Of a DNA stretch of 64,000 nt, positions 1-10,047 are shown one piece after another. Source of the DNA: Candidatus Iainarchaeum sp. (GTDB lineage Archaea > Iainarchaeota > Iainarchaeia > Iainarchaeales > GCA-2688035). Positions within the stretch are counted from its first letter, which is position 1. Every line of letters starts with the position of its first letter. The notes beneath the pieces were generated by a model. The model saw nothing but the letters and a program-made list of their open reading frames with translations, was not told the origin of the DNA and made no database searches. The stretch covers positions 57,728-121,727 of the forward strand of contig JAFCCL010000007.1 of assembly GCA_017610205.1 (NCBI GenBank), written 5' to 3'. Both the position numbers and the translations under genes were made by a program.

Positions 1-1369
1 AGAATCAGAAGTTGGAAAGGCAATGATTTCCTGTGACAAAGACGGGCCTATTTCAATGATGGTTACAGATGTTACAGTTGACCCGCATGCAGGAGATATT
101 GCAACAGGAAGGATTTATTCAGGAACGTTAAAAGCAGGCACAAAAGTCAGGGCAATTGGAATGCAAAAGGAGGTTGCCATACAACAGGTTGTTCTTTTTA
201 TGGGACAGGAAAGAATAAAGGTTGACGAGGTTCCCGCAGGAAACATTGCAGGCATTACAGGATTAAAAGAGGTTTTTGCAGGAGAAACAATTGGAAGTGA
301 GGAAATAAAGCCGTTTGAAAGCTTTAAGAGTTCAGCAGAACCAGTTATGACAATAAGCGTTGAACCAAAGCAAACAAAGGATTTGCCAAAGCTAATAGAA
401 GTAATAAGGCAGATTTCAAAAGAGGATCCAAACATTGTTTCAAGCTTAAACCAGGAAACAGGAGAACATTTGCTTTCAGGAATGGGAGAACTGCATTTGG
501 AAGTAACACAATACAGAATTGAATCAGACCACAAAATTCCAATTGAAGTAAGCCCGCCAATTGTTGTTTACAGGGAAACTATTTTGAAGGAAAGCCCTAC
601 TTTGGAGGGAAAAAGCCCTAACAGGCACAACAAATTCAAAATGAAAGCAACTCCAATTCCAAAGGAACAGCTTGAAAAACTTATTGAGTCAAAAATTTTG
701 GGAAAAATAAAACCAAAGGACAAGGAAATGATTGCAAAGTTTGAAGAAATGGGATTTGGGAGGGACACAAGCAGGAGAATTTGGGCAGTTCACAATAATT
801 GCATTCTTGCAGATATGACAAGAGGAATTGTTGCATTGCACGAAATCAGAGAACTTGTTATACAGGCATTTAATGACGCAATGGACCAGGGTCCTTTGGC
901 AAAAGAAAAATGCTTTGGAGTAATGATAGAACTTGAAGATGCAACCCTGCACGAGGATGCAATCCACAGAGGGCCTGCACAGGTCTTGCCAGCAGTTACA
1001 AGAACATGCTATGCCGGCATGCTAAGCGCAGACGCTGTTTTGTTTGAACCAAAACAGACTTTGTTTATTTCATGCCCACAGGATTACATGGGGTCTGTTT
1101 CAAAGGAATTGGGTCAGAGAAGAACTCAGATTACTGAAATGAAACAGGAAGGAGACGCAAGCATTTTCATAGCAAAGGCTCCTGTAAAAGAACTTATTGG
1201 CTTCTCAGCAGCCATCAGAGGCGCTACACAGGGAAGAGCAATCTGGACAGCAGAATACGCAGGATATGAACAGCTCCCACGTGAGATGCAGAAAACTGTT
1301 ATAGAAGAAGTAAGGAAAAGAAAGGGCATGGACCTAACAGTTAAAAGCGCGCAATTCTTTTTGGAATAA
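1..1369 (+). CDS. fusA: Translation elongation factor EF-2, 5'-truncated by the window
   Basis: The frame is open from base 2. It contains GMGELHLE and the diphthamide-loop motif HEDAIHRG, and lies upstream of EF-1a/uS10. Confidence 0.98.
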   Translation, partial: ESEVGKAMISCDKDGPISMMVTDVTVDPHAGDIATGRIYSGTLKAGTKVRAIGMQKEVAIQQVVLFMGQERIKVDEVPAGNIAGITGLKEVFAGETIGSEEIKPFESFKSSAEPVMTISVEPKQTKDLPKLIEVIRQISKEDPNIVSSLNQETGEHLLSGMGELHLEVTQYRIESDHKIPIEVSPPIVVYRETILKESPTLEGKSPNRHNKFKMKATPIPKEQLEKLIESKILGKIKPKDKEMIAKFEEMGFGRDTSRRIWAVHNNCILADMTRGIVALHEIRELVIQAFNDAMDQGPLAKEKCFGVMIELEDATLHEDAIHRGPAQVLPAVTRTCYAGMLSADAVLFEPKQTLFISCPQDYMGSVSKELGQRRTQITEMKQEGDASIFIAKAPVKELIGFSAAIRGATQGRAIWTAEYAGYEQLPREMQKTVIEEVRKRKGMDLTVKSAQFFLE

Positions 1370-1402
1370 AGGATTGTTTTTTAAAGACCTTTTTGAAGCA
1401 AG

Positions 1403-2515
1403 CTATTTTTCAACGCAATACATTTTTAGCGGAGTGCATTTTTCCAAATCCTTTGAGGCCTTTTTGCCAAGCACTTCTTTAAAGTGTTTTGGAGTAAGGC
1501 CGTTGTTTGGCCGCCTGATGATAATGTTTTCTTTGGATAAGATTTCGCCTGCTTTAACGTCTTCCTTTACCCAGATTGAGGGCCTGAAAATTATATTTTT
1601 TGCTTCTTCTTCACCAGGACCATAAGAAGGAGTTCCAAGCATTGTTTTTGTAGTTGGATTTGTTTTGTCAATGGAAATGTTTTCCTTTTCTACCAGCCTT
1701 ACCTTTTCAACTAAAGCGCTGAATTCTTGTGGTTCTAAAGAAAAAGCAGCGTCAGGTCCGCCTTCATCTCTTAAAATAATTAAGTGCTTTTCAATTACAC
1801 AGGCACCAAGCTGTGTTGCGATGACTGCATCTTCTGTACCAGGAACATGGCTTGAAAGACCTGAGAGAACAGAGAAATTTTTCTCAAGTTCTGGAATTGT
1901 TGCAAGGTTCATTTCTTCTGGTTTGGCAGGGTAAGAGCTGATGCAGTGAAGAAGGATAATATTTGGACAGCCTGCTTGCTTAAGGGTTTGAATTGCAAGC
2001 GCTATCTCTTCCTTGCTGCAAAGACCGGTTGACATTATTACCGGTTTCTTTGTTTGCCCAATTTTTTTAAGCAAGGGAATGTGAACAACTTCAAAGGAAG
2101 AAACCTTGTACAAGGAAACATTCATTTTTTCAAGAAAGTCAACTGCTGTAGCGTCAAAAGGCGCAGAGAAAAGGAAAAGTCCTTTTTCTTCAGCGTATTC
2201 TTTGAGCTTTGGTTGCCATTCCCAGGGAGTGTGAGCTTCTTTGTAAAGGCTGTATAATGTTCTGCCTTTCCAGAGATTGTCTTCGGTTATTACAAAAAAT
2301 TCGTTTTCACAATTTAAGGTAATTGTGTCAGCAGTGTAGGTTTGAAGCTTTACTGCGTCTGCTCCTGCTGCAGCTGCAGCGTCAATTATTTCAAGCGCCT
2401 TGTCATAGCTTTGGTGATGATTTGCAGACATTTCTGCAATTATGAAAGCAGACTGGTTTTGGCCAATTTTTCGCTTTAGCTTGCCTTGCCTTAATTCAAA
2501 TTCTTGCACTGGCAT
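1403..2515 (-). CDS. pseI: NeuB/PseI-family (pseudaminic/sialic acid) synthase with C-terminal SAF domain
   Basis: Motifs IIAEMSANH, GADAVKLQTY, KPVIMSTG, LLHCISSYP, IEKH and a SAF-like tail. Start moved to ATG 2515. Confidence 0.85.
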   Translation of the reverse strand: MPVQEFELRQGKLKRKIGQNQSAFIIAEMSANHHQSYDKALEIIDAAAAAGADAVKLQTYTADTITLNCENEFFVITEDNLWKGRTLYSLYKEAHTPWEWQPKLKEYAEEKGLFLFSAPFDATAVDFLEKMNVSLYKVSSFEVVHIPLLKKIGQTKKPVIMSTGLCSKEEIALAIQTLKQAGCPNIILLHCISSYPAKPEEMNLATIPELEKNFSVLSGLSSHVPGTEDAVIATQLGACVIEKHLIILRDEGGPDAAFSLEPQEFSALVEKVRLVEKENISIDKTNPTTKTMLGTPSYGPGEEEAKNIIFRPSIWVKEDVKAGEILSKENIIIRRPNNGLTPKHFKEVLGKKASKDLEKCTPLKMYCVEK

Positions 2516-2607
2516 AGAAAGAAAATGGCGTGAAATGTTATTTAAATGAATTCTTGCAGGGCTTGTACCCAAAAATGTTTAAATAGCTTGAAGGCAAGGA
2601 TATTATT

Positions 2608-3057
2608 ATGAGTAGAGCCAGTTTGTATGGGAGAAGACCAAATCCTGGGAGGAAAACTAGAACTGGGCAGGACAGGGTTGAACTCGCACAAAAACTTGCA
2701 GGACCCGGAGGAAGAGTTTCAAAGGGTTTGGCTAAAAGTCTTGATGAAAGCCTTGGAAGAAGGCGGGTTAGGAAATTGCTTAAGGCAAACTTTTCTTTTC
2801 CGGCAATTGAACGCTGGTTGAATGTTTATGGCAGCAATAGAACTACTTTAAAGCATTTGATGGATGTGGTTAGTCCAAAGTTTCCAATGACGTTTTACAA
2901 TATTTTGGGATGGGAAAGGTTCAAAATGGTTGTAAAGCATGTTGGAGGCCTTTCAAAGGAGAAATTAAAAATAATTTTAAATGAGGCAAAAGCTGGAAAA
3001 AGCGGGAAAGAACTTGTTGAAATGATTAAAAGCAATTTTAAAGGAAAAAGGTTTTGA
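2608..3057 (+). CDS. Hypothetical basic protein with Arg-rich N-terminus
   Basis: 149-aa ORF with a TTTAAATA TATA-like box about 30 nt upstream, so probably leaderless. Confidence 0.7.
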   Translation: MSRASLYGRRPNPGRKTRTGQDRVELAQKLAGPGGRVSKGLAKSLDESLGRRRVRKLLKANFSFPAIERWLNVYGSNRTTLKHLMDVVSPKFPMTFYNILGWERFKMVVKHVGGLSKEKLKIILNEAKAGKSGKELVEMIKSNFKGKRF

Positions 3058-3231
3058 TGGAATAAAAATGCCTTGTGGTAAGAACCATCAGAAAAAAATC
3101 TAAAACCCAAAATTCAGCCTTTAATAAAGTGTTTTTAAAGCTTTTGGAATAAGAGATTGTAATTGAGAGTTAGTGGTTTCCAATTTCTCCATAAAAGAAT
3201 TGGTGGCGAATTCAGTTTGGAGGTATAGAAA

Positions 3232-4509
3232 ATGGCTGATAAACCACACGTTAACCTTGTCTTTATTGGACACGTTGACCATGGAAAAAGTACACTGGTT
3301 GGAAGACTTTTGTATGACTCAGGCGCATTGCCTGAACAAGAATATAGAAAACTTGAGGCTGAGGCAAAATCTGTTGGAAAGGGAACCTTTGCATTTGCTT
3401 TTGCAATGGACAACCTTAAAGAAGAAAGGGAGCGAGGGGTAACAATTGACGTTTCCTACAAGAAATTTGAAGGAAAAAAGAACAATTTTACCATAATTGA
3501 TGCACCAGGCCACAAGGACTTTATTAAAAATATGATTACCGGAACAAGTCAGGCTGACGCCGCTGTTTTGGTTATTGCTGCAAAAGAAGGCGTAATGGCA
3601 CAGACAAAAGAACACGCTTTCCTTGCACAGGTAATGGGCTTAAAGCAGCTTATTATTGCAGTAAACAAAATGGACGAAGTCAACTATGATGAGGCAAAAT
3701 TCAAAGAAGTTCATGAACAAGCAGAAAAGCTTCTAAAAGGTGTTGGATATAAAGGAGAGCAAATGAAATTTATCCCGGTTTCTGCATGGGTTGGAGACAA
3801 CGTTGCAAAGAAATCTGACAAAATGACATGGTATAAGGGACCAGCACTAATAGATGCTTTGGATGAAATTATTCCGCCAAAACCACCGACAAATAAGCCT
3901 CTAAGACTACCTGTTCAAGATGTATACAACATCAAGGGCGTAGGAATTGTGCCAGTCGGAAGGGTTGAAACAGGAATTGTAAAGCCAGGTGATAAAATAA
4001 TTGTTGAGCCAAGCGGAGCAACAGGTGAAATAAAAACACTTGAAATGCACCATGAGCAATTGAAACAGGCAATTCCAGGCGACAACATTGGCTTTAATGT
4101 AAGAGGACTTGAAAAGGGAGACATTGCAAGAGGCGATGTAATCGGACCAGTAAGTGACCCACCAACTGTAGCAAAAGAATTCGAAGCACAGATTGTGGTT
4201 TTGTCACACCCTACAGCAATACCTGTTGGATACACTCCAGTATTCCACCTTCACACAGCCCAGCTTTCATGTAAAATAACAGAAATTTTGAAAAAGCTGG
4301 ACCCTAAAACAGGCCAAACAAAGGAAGAAAATCCAAAATTCCTGAAAACAGGAGACGCAGCAATTGTAAAGATTGTGCCAACCAAGCCGGTTGTAGTGGA
4401 AGAATATAAGAAATTCCCACAGCTTGGCAGATTTGCAATCAGGGACATGGGCCAGACTGTTGCGGCAGGAATGGTCACAAAGGTTGTGCCAAGGGAGAAA
4501 AAGAAGTAA
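3232..4509 (+). CDS. tuf: Elongation factor EF-1 alpha
   Basis: Motifs [34 protein letters not shown]; SD GGAGGT upstream. Confidence 0.99.
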   Translation: MADKPHVNLVFIGHVDHGKSTLVGRLLYDSGALPEQEYRKLEAEAKSVGKGTFAFAFAMDNLKEERERGVTIDVSYKKFEGKKNNFTIIDAPGHKDFIKNMITGTSQADAAVLVIAAKEGVMAQTKEHAFLAQVMGLKQLIIAVNKMDEVNYDEAKFKEVHEQAEKLLKGVGYKGEQMKFIPVSAWVGDNVAKKSDKMTWYKGPALIDALDEIIPPKPPTNKPLRLPVQDVYNIKGVGIVPVGRVETGIVKPGDKIIVEPSGATGEIKTLEMHHEQLKQAIPGDNIGFNVRGLEKGDIARGDVIGPVSDPPTVAKEFEAQIVVLSHPTAIPVGYTPVFHLHTAQLSCKITEILKKLDPKTGQTKEENPKFLKTGDAAIVKIVPTKPVVVEEYKKFPQLGRFAIRDMGQTVAAGMVTKVVPREKKK

Positions 4510-4539
4510 TTTTGGAATACATAAAAAGTAAATAAAACA

Positions 4540-4571
4540 GGGAAACAGTGCTTTTACTGTTTTCCTTTTTT
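4540..4571 (+). terminator. Hairpin plus U-tract between tuf and uS10
   Basis: GGGAAACAGTG-cttt-TACTGTTTTCC forms 11 bp (including G-U pairs), followed by T6. Confidence 0.5.
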
Positions 4572-4600
4572 CCATTTTTTTTAAGCAAAGGTGAACATGG

Positions 4601-4909
4601 ATGCAAAAAGCAAGAATTAAACTGACATCTCCTGAATTTGGGCAGATAACAGAAATCTCTCAAAGAATGGTTGAAATTGCAGAAAGAACAGGTGTTAAGC
4701 ATTCAGGAATTATCCCCTTGCCAACCAAAAAACTAATTGTGCCAACAAGGAAATCTCCCTGCGGCGGCGGAACAGAAAGCTATGAAAGATGGCAATTAAG
4801 AATTCATAAAAGACTAATTGACGTTGAAGCAGACGAGCGAACCCTTAGAAGAATTATGAGGGTTGAAATCCCAGAATCAGTTCACGTTGAAATAGAATTA
4901 AAAGAATAG
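4601..4909 (+). CDS. rps10: 30S ribosomal protein S10 (uS10)
   Basis: GIIPLPTK, RKSPCG, RIHKRLID. Confidence 0.98.
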   Translation: MQKARIKLTSPEFGQITEISQRMVEIAERTGVKHSGIIPLPTKKLIVPTRKSPCGGGTESYERWQLRIHKRLIDVEADERTLRRIMRVEIPESVHVEIELKE

Positions 4910-4968
4910 GACTTTAAGACGAAACTGTTTTAAATAACACAACCCTATTTCTTTTGAGGGATTCAAAA

Positions 4969-5490
4969 ATGCAGTATTATATCGGCTCAGACCACGCAGG
5001 ATTTAACCTTAAGGAAATTATTAAGGAAAAGCTTAAGGGCAAGTACAAGTTTGAGGATATGGGAACCTTTTCTGCTACAAGAATCGATTATGCAATAGTT
5101 GGCTTTGAGGTTGCAAAAAAGGTTGCATCTGAAAAAAATGCAATTGGAGTATTAATTTGCGGGACAGGAATTGGAATGAGCATGGTTGCAAACAAGGTTC
5201 CAGGAATAAGGGCAGCACTGATTTATGACGGATTTACAGCAAAAATGGCAAGGCAACACAATAATGCAAACATTGCATGCATTGGAGCAAGAAAGATTTC
5301 ACCGCAGGCAACAATTTCAATTATTGACACCTTTTTGTCAGCAGGCTTTGACGGAAATAAGAAAGGCGGAGAAAGGCATAAGAAAAGGGTAGAGCAGATA
5401 GTGGCAATTGAAAAAGAGCATTTTAAGGAAGATGCAATTAAAAAAGGATTTTCTCTGGAAAACCTGTTTGGCAGCAAAAAAAAGGTTTAA
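4969..5490 (+). CDS. rpiB: Ribose-5-phosphate isomerase B
   Basis: GSDHAG, CGTGIG, ANKVPGIRA, ARQHNNAN, RHxxRV. Confidence 0.95.
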   Translation: MQYYIGSDHAGFNLKEIIKEKLKGKYKFEDMGTFSATRIDYAIVGFEVAKKVASEKNAIGVLICGTGIGMSMVANKVPGIRAALIYDGFTAKMARQHNNANIACIGARKISPQATISIIDTFLSAGFDGNKKGGERHKKRVEQIVAIEKEHFKEDAIKKGFSLENLFGSKKKV

Positions 5491-5519
5491 ATAAAACTCT
5501 TTTCCTATTAGATTATTTT

Positions 5520-5954
5520 ATGGGCAAACAGATTTATCCAGAACCAACTGTGGGGGCACTTATATTGAATGAAAAGAAAGAAGTACTGCTTTGCAAAAGC
5601 CCTAAATTTAACGGAAAATTCATTGTGCCAGGTGGGCATGTGGAGGTAGGAGAAACGCTTGAGCAGGCGATGAAGCGAGAAATAAAGGAAGAAACAGGGC
5701 TTGAAATAGAGCCTGTGAAATTTATTGCTTTTTACAATGCGATTTATCCAAAGGATTTTTTTGAAAAACGGCACTTCATTTTCTTTGATTTCCTTTGCAG
5801 GGCAAAAGAAGGTGCAAGGGAATGCCTGGACAATGAGGAGTTAATTAAGGCTGTTTGGATTAAACCAAAAAAGGCATTGAAAGAATTGAATCTTGAACTT
5901 TACACTCAAAAAACTATTGAAACCTACCTTGAAGGTGAAAAAGGCAATGTTTGA
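5520..5954 (+). CDS. NUDIX hydrolase
   Basis: Nudix box GGHVEVGETLEQAMKREIKEETGL. Confidence 0.93.
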   Translation: MGKQIYPEPTVGALILNEKKEVLLCKSPKFNGKFIVPGGHVEVGETLEQAMKREIKEETGLEIEPVKFIAFYNAIYPKDFFEKRHFIFFDFLCRAKEGARECLDNEELIKAVWIKPKKALKELNLELYTQKTIETYLEGEKGNV

Positions 5955-6366
5955 ATTGTTTGAGCACAAGGCCGATGCAGGCGTAAGAGGAGTTGGCAAA
6001 AGCAAAGAGGAAGCATTTGCAGAATGCGCAAAGGCAATGTTTTCTGTAATGGCTGATTTGAAAAAAATTGGTTCCGAAGAAAAGTTCGATGTAGAGATTG
6101 AAACAAATGACCTTGAAAGCCTTTTGGTTGATTTCCTAAACCATTTGCTTTACCTAAGAGATGTGAATGAAATGCTGTTCAGTAGGTTTGACTTATACAT
6201 AACAAATGATGGCGGTGGATGGAAGCTTAGGGGAAGGGCATTCGGAGAAAAAATTAATAAGGAAAAGCACGGCATTAAATCAGATGTCAAGGCCGCAAGC
6301 TATCACCAGCTCAAAGTTGTGGAAAAGAACGGGAAATGGCTTGCGCAATGTGTTGTGGATGTGTAG
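5947..6366 (+). CDS. Archease (RtcB cofactor)
   Basis: FEHxAD at the N-terminus, VKAASYH, C-terminal VVDV; directly upstream of rtcB. Confidence 0.95.
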   Translation: MFELFEHKADAGVRGVGKSKEEAFAECAKAMFSVMADLKKIGSEEKFDVEIETNDLESLLVDFLNHLLYLRDVNEMLFSRFDLYITNDGGGWKLRGRAFGEKINKEKHGIKSDVKAASYHQLKVVEKNGKWLAQCVVDV

Positions 6367-6369
6367 GGC

Positions 6370-7803
6370 ATGATGTTTAAAAAAATTAAGGAAGGCATTT
6401 GGGAAATGCCAAAGCAGGGGCAAATGAAGGTCCCCGCGAGAATTTTTGCCACTGAAAAGCTTTTTGGAGATATTGAACAGGGTGCAATGCAGCAGGCGGT
6501 TAATACCGCGCAGTTGCCGGGAATTCAGAAAGCTGCTTTGGGAATGCCTGATTTGCATTTTGGCTATGGTTTCCCAATCGGGGGAGTTGCCGCTTTTGAT
6601 GAAAAAGAAAAAGGGGTTGTAAGCCCTGGCGGAATCGGATTTGATATAAATTGCGGAATAAGGCTTATCAGAACAAATTTGGCTGCCGAAGACATTAAGC
6701 CAAAGCTTCCAGAGCTCATGGATTTGCTGTTTAAGCTTATTCCGGCAGGGGTTGGCCAAAAGGGCAAAATCAGGGTGGAAAAAAACGAGCTTGCCGAGAT
6801 TTATAGCAGGGGAGCAAGGCATATGGTTGAAAAGGGCTTTGGATGGAAACAGGATTTGGAGAGAATTGAGGAAAAGGGTCGCATGAAAGAGGCAAACCCT
6901 GAAAAGGTCAGTGAAAAGGCTTTCAAAAGGGGAATGCCGCAGATCGGAACTTTGGGGGCTGGGAACCATTTTGTGGAGGTCCAGGCAGTTGAAAAGATTT
7001 TTGATAAAGATATTGCAAAAAGCTTTGGCTTGTTTGAAGGACAGGCTGTTGTAATGCTGCATTCCGGAAGCAGGGGAACAGGGCACCAGATTGCAACAGA
7101 TTACATAAGCGTTATGCAAAAGGCAATGGAAAAATACGGCATTAAAGTCAATGACAGGCAGCTTGCCTGCACCCCTATTGAAAGCCAAGAAGGAAAGGAT
7201 TACCTAGAGGCAATGTGGTGCGGCGTAAACTATGCCTTTGCAAACAGGCAGGCAATGTCCCATTGGATTAGGGAGGGGTTTGAACAGGTTTTTGGGCAGG
7301 ATGCTGAAAGCCTTGAAATGGAAGTTGTTTACGATGTTTGCCACAATGTGGCAAAGTTTGAAAAGCACAAAATAAACGGAAAGGAAAAAGAACTGCTTGT
7401 GCACAGGAAAGGGGCAACAAGGGCGATGCCAAAGGGCAGGCCTGAAAATCCGAAAATTTATGCAAAAACAGGGCATCCTGCAATAATTCCCGGAAGCATG
7501 GGCACAGCATCCTATGTTCTTGTTGGCACAGAAACAGGGCTGAAAGAAAGCTTTGCATCAGTATGCCATGGGGCAGGAAGGGCAATGTCAAGGCATGAAG
7601 CAATGAGGAAAAAAAGCGGAGAGCAGGTCAAAAAAGAGCTTGAAGCAAAAGGCGAAGTTATCAAAGGCAAAAGCCTGGCTGGCTTGGCTGAAGAAATGCC
7701 GGAAGCCTACAAAGACATTGATGAAGTAATTGAAAGTGTTGTCTTGTCAGGAATTGGAAAAAAGGTTGCAAGGCATTTGCCGCTCGCGGTAATGAAAGGA
7801 TAA
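6370..7803 (+). CDS. rtcB: RtcB tRNA-splicing/RNA ligase
   Basis: MPDLHxGYGFPIG, DINCG, GNHFVE, HSGSRG, HRKGAT, HGAGR, AYKD. Confidence 0.98.
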   Translation: MMFKKIKEGIWEMPKQGQMKVPARIFATEKLFGDIEQGAMQQAVNTAQLPGIQKAALGMPDLHFGYGFPIGGVAAFDEKEKGVVSPGGIGFDINCGIRLIRTNLAAEDIKPKLPELMDLLFKLIPAGVGQKGKIRVEKNELAEIYSRGARHMVEKGFGWKQDLERIEEKGRMKEANPEKVSEKAFKRGMPQIGTLGAGNHFVEVQAVEKIFDKDIAKSFGLFEGQAVVMLHSGSRGTGHQIATDYISVMQKAMEKYGIKVNDRQLACTPIESQEGKDYLEAMWCGVNYAFANRQAMSHWIREGFEQVFGQDAESLEMEVVYDVCHNVAKFEKHKINGKEKELLVHRKGATRAMPKGRPENPKIYAKTGHPAIIPGSMGTASYVLVGTETGLKESFASVCHGAGRAMSRHEAMRKKSGEQVKKELEAKGEVIKGKSLAGLAEEMPEAYKDIDEVIESVVLSGIGKKVARHLPLAVMKG

Positions 7804-7840
7804 CTCAAAACCAGGGAAAAAACGAGAAAGGAATGAGGGA

Positions 7841-8008
7841 ATGAAAATGCGACATTTAGTAATGCCAAGAAGGACACTGGACTATCTTTTGATGGGAATT
7901 GTTGCAGGGATAATTGCAGGATTAATTTTGGTTTACATAGGCGGAATCACGTATTATGGCATAATTCAGGCCTCTGAAAGCATTAAAATGGGCTTTAAAA
8001 CCCCCTAA
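7841..8008 (+). CDS. Small single-pass membrane protein (55 aa, not in the ORF track)
   Basis: MKMRHLVMPRRTLDYLLMGIVAGIIAGLILVYIGGITYYGIIQASESIKMGFKTP. GAGGGA lies immediately upstream; one hydrophobic helix with GxxxG repeats. Confidence 0.6.
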   Translation: MKMRHLVMPRRTLDYLLMGIVAGIIAGLILVYIGGITYYGIIQASESIKMGFKTP

Positions 8009-8079
8009 AAACAGCAAATAAGTAACTTTATTCAGTTAATCAGTAACATTTAAATACTTGGAGTACTGCAGTTTTTATA

Positions 8080-9735
8080 ATGAGACTAAAGATTGCATTA
8101 CTTGGACTTGCACTCATTGTTAGTGCAGAAGCTGCAATCTGTGACAATATTTGGATTGGCGCAGAAGATATTGTAATGAAAAGGGCAGATACTGAATATT
8201 TTTATTTTCCAATTTACAACGATTATGACAAAGATTTTGACACTTATGCAATTGAGGTCTGGAGAGACACAGGCGAATTTGACGTAAGCCTTGTTGATTA
8301 CACTGAAGTAATAGATGCTGAGGGAGAAGGTGAAATAACAATCAGGGTTGAAACAGGAAATTTGGACGAAGAAAGTTTTGGTCAGGCTTATATCAAAATA
8401 AGAGGAGAATTTGATGATGAAAGATACTGCGGTTTTACGCAGATTGATGAAACCTATTTTGATGTAATTGTTGAAATGGATGAAAGCAAGCCAGGATGTA
8501 ATGACATCAGAATTGATGCATTTAATGTTTACATAAATGAAAATTCAACAGAAACAGTTTCGTTTGAAATTGAAAACAGATCCGGGGAAGATTTTGGCCT
8601 TTACGACATTGACTTAGAGGAAAACAGCAGCTATTTTGATGCGTGGATTTATAGCATGCCATCTATTGTAAGAGATGATGACAATGAAACTTTTAGAGTA
8701 AAAATAGAGTCAAACAGTGTAAGTGAAGAAAGACAGGGAACAGTCAGCATTGAAGCAAAAGGAATGTTTGACAATGGAGATTATTGTTCTTTCAGCAATA
8801 TTGACGAAGAAGAATTCACAGTATTTGTTGAAAACAGCTCAGGAAGCCAAAACACTTCAAATACCCAGGAAGATTCAGAAATAGAACTTGTTGCAAGCAC
8901 TGTGCAGGCCGAAAGAGGAAGAACAGGATATGCAACACTTTTCCTTGAAAACAATGCCGAAGAAAATTTTCTTGTAGATTATATTGGAATTTTTGACTTA
9001 AGTTCAAATTTTAAAGCAGAAGAATCAGGATATGAAAAAACAGTCCCTGCATTTGGAAGCTCTTACATAAATGTAAAAGTTAACGCATATGATTACGCAA
9101 GCATTGGAAACTACGAAGCATATTTAGAAATTGCAGGACATTATCAAAATGGAAAACAAGTGCATATTTTTGGCGACAGCCTTGGCACATTCCCTGTAGA
9201 AATTGTGGAAAAACGTGTTTTTGAATATGCAAATTCTGAACCGGTTGGTCAGGAAACCTGCTCTTACTTTTCACTCATTGTTCCAAGCAAAGCAAACATT
9301 GAAGAAAGCGGAACAGTTCCAATAACAGTTGACAACAGAAGCTATGACAGAGCAACAATAAGGCTTTACGGAGCAGGACTTACAGCAGAGCCAATGCTTA
9401 TTTCTGTTCCAAAAAACACACTTATTTCAGAAAATGTATTTGTTTCCAGTGTTTTGAATGAAACAAATCTTGTTTACAAAATTGAAGCCCCTGGCTGCAA
9501 CATTGAGAAAAGAACCGCAATAATTTCAACGGTTGCAGAACAAGATAAAGGAGAAGAAGGCGAAAATGAAACAGGAAAAGATGAAACAGACGAAAATGAG
9601 ACAATCTTTCCCTTTGGCACAACAGGCTTTGTTGCTTTGGGGCAGGCAGGCGCAGTTCTTGGCATTCTTGTGCTTGCAGTAATAGTAATTTTTCTTATTT
9701 TTAGGCGACCTAAAAAACCACAAACACTTTTTTAA
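8080..9735 (+). CDS. Acidic secreted surface protein with repeated beta-rich domains and a C-terminal membrane anchor
   Basis: Signal peptide, about three related ~120-aa units, a TTGFVALG motif, then a TM helix and RRPKK. TATA TTTAAATA at 8049. Confidence 0.8.
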   Translation: MRLKIALLGLALIVSAEAAICDNIWIGAEDIVMKRADTEYFYFPIYNDYDKDFDTYAIEVWRDTGEFDVSLVDYTEVIDAEGEGEITIRVETGNLDEESFGQAYIKIRGEFDDERYCGFTQIDETYFDVIVEMDESKPGCNDIRIDAFNVYINENSTETVSFEIENRSGEDFGLYDIDLEENSSYFDAWIYSMPSIVRDDDNETFRVKIESNSVSEERQGTVSIEAKGMFDNGDYCSFSNIDEEEFTVFVENSSGSQNTSNTQEDSEIELVASTVQAERGRTGYATLFLENNAEENFLVDYIGIFDLSSNFKAEESGYEKTVPAFGSSYINVKVNAYDYASIGNYEAYLEIAGHYQNGKQVHIFGDSLGTFPVEIVEKRVFEYANSEPVGQETCSYFSLIVPSKANIEESGTVPITVDNRSYDRATIRLYGAGLTAEPMLISVPKNTLISENVFVSSVLNETNLVYKIEAPGCNIEKRTAIISTVAEQDKGEEGENETGKDETDENETIFPFGTTGFVALGQAGAVLGILVLAVIVIFLIFRRPKKPQTLF

Positions 9736-9783
9736 ATAAAATTTAAGAAAAAACAAAATTTAGTCAAAAAAAGAGGTGACGAT

Positions 9784-10047
9784 ATGACAAAAGCAAAAAG
9801 AAAAGAAACAGTAAAAAAGACTGTAAAAGCAAGAAAGACTGTAAGGGCTAGAAAGCCAGTAAAGGCAGGAAAAACTGTAAAAGCAAGAAAGCCAGTAAAA
9901 ACAAGAAAGACCGTGAAAGTAATAAAGGTTGCAACAGTAAAAAAGGTTTCAAGGACAAGAAATGTCAGAGCAACCAAGGCAACAGCTTTCCAGCCTTTAA
10001 CAACATTGCAGAATAGCTTTAACTCAGTCATGAACTACTTCAAATAA
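9784..10047 (+). CDS. Highly basic K/R/V/A-repeat protein (histone H1/Hc2-like)
   Basis: Tandem KARK(T/P)V-type hexapeptides, SD GAGGTGA, and a downstream terminator. Confidence 0.7.
   Translation: MTKAKRKETVKKTVKARKTVRARKPVKAGKTVKARKPVKTRKTVKVIKVATVKKVSRTRNVRATKATAFQPLTTLQNSFNSVMNYFK

Noticed and set aside
6280-7188. 302-aa minus-strand ORF and the many other antisense ORFs rich in F/S/L
   Set aside because: They are shadows of well-supported plus-strand genes (rtcB, r-proteins, dnaK); their composition mirrors A-rich Lys/Glu codons.
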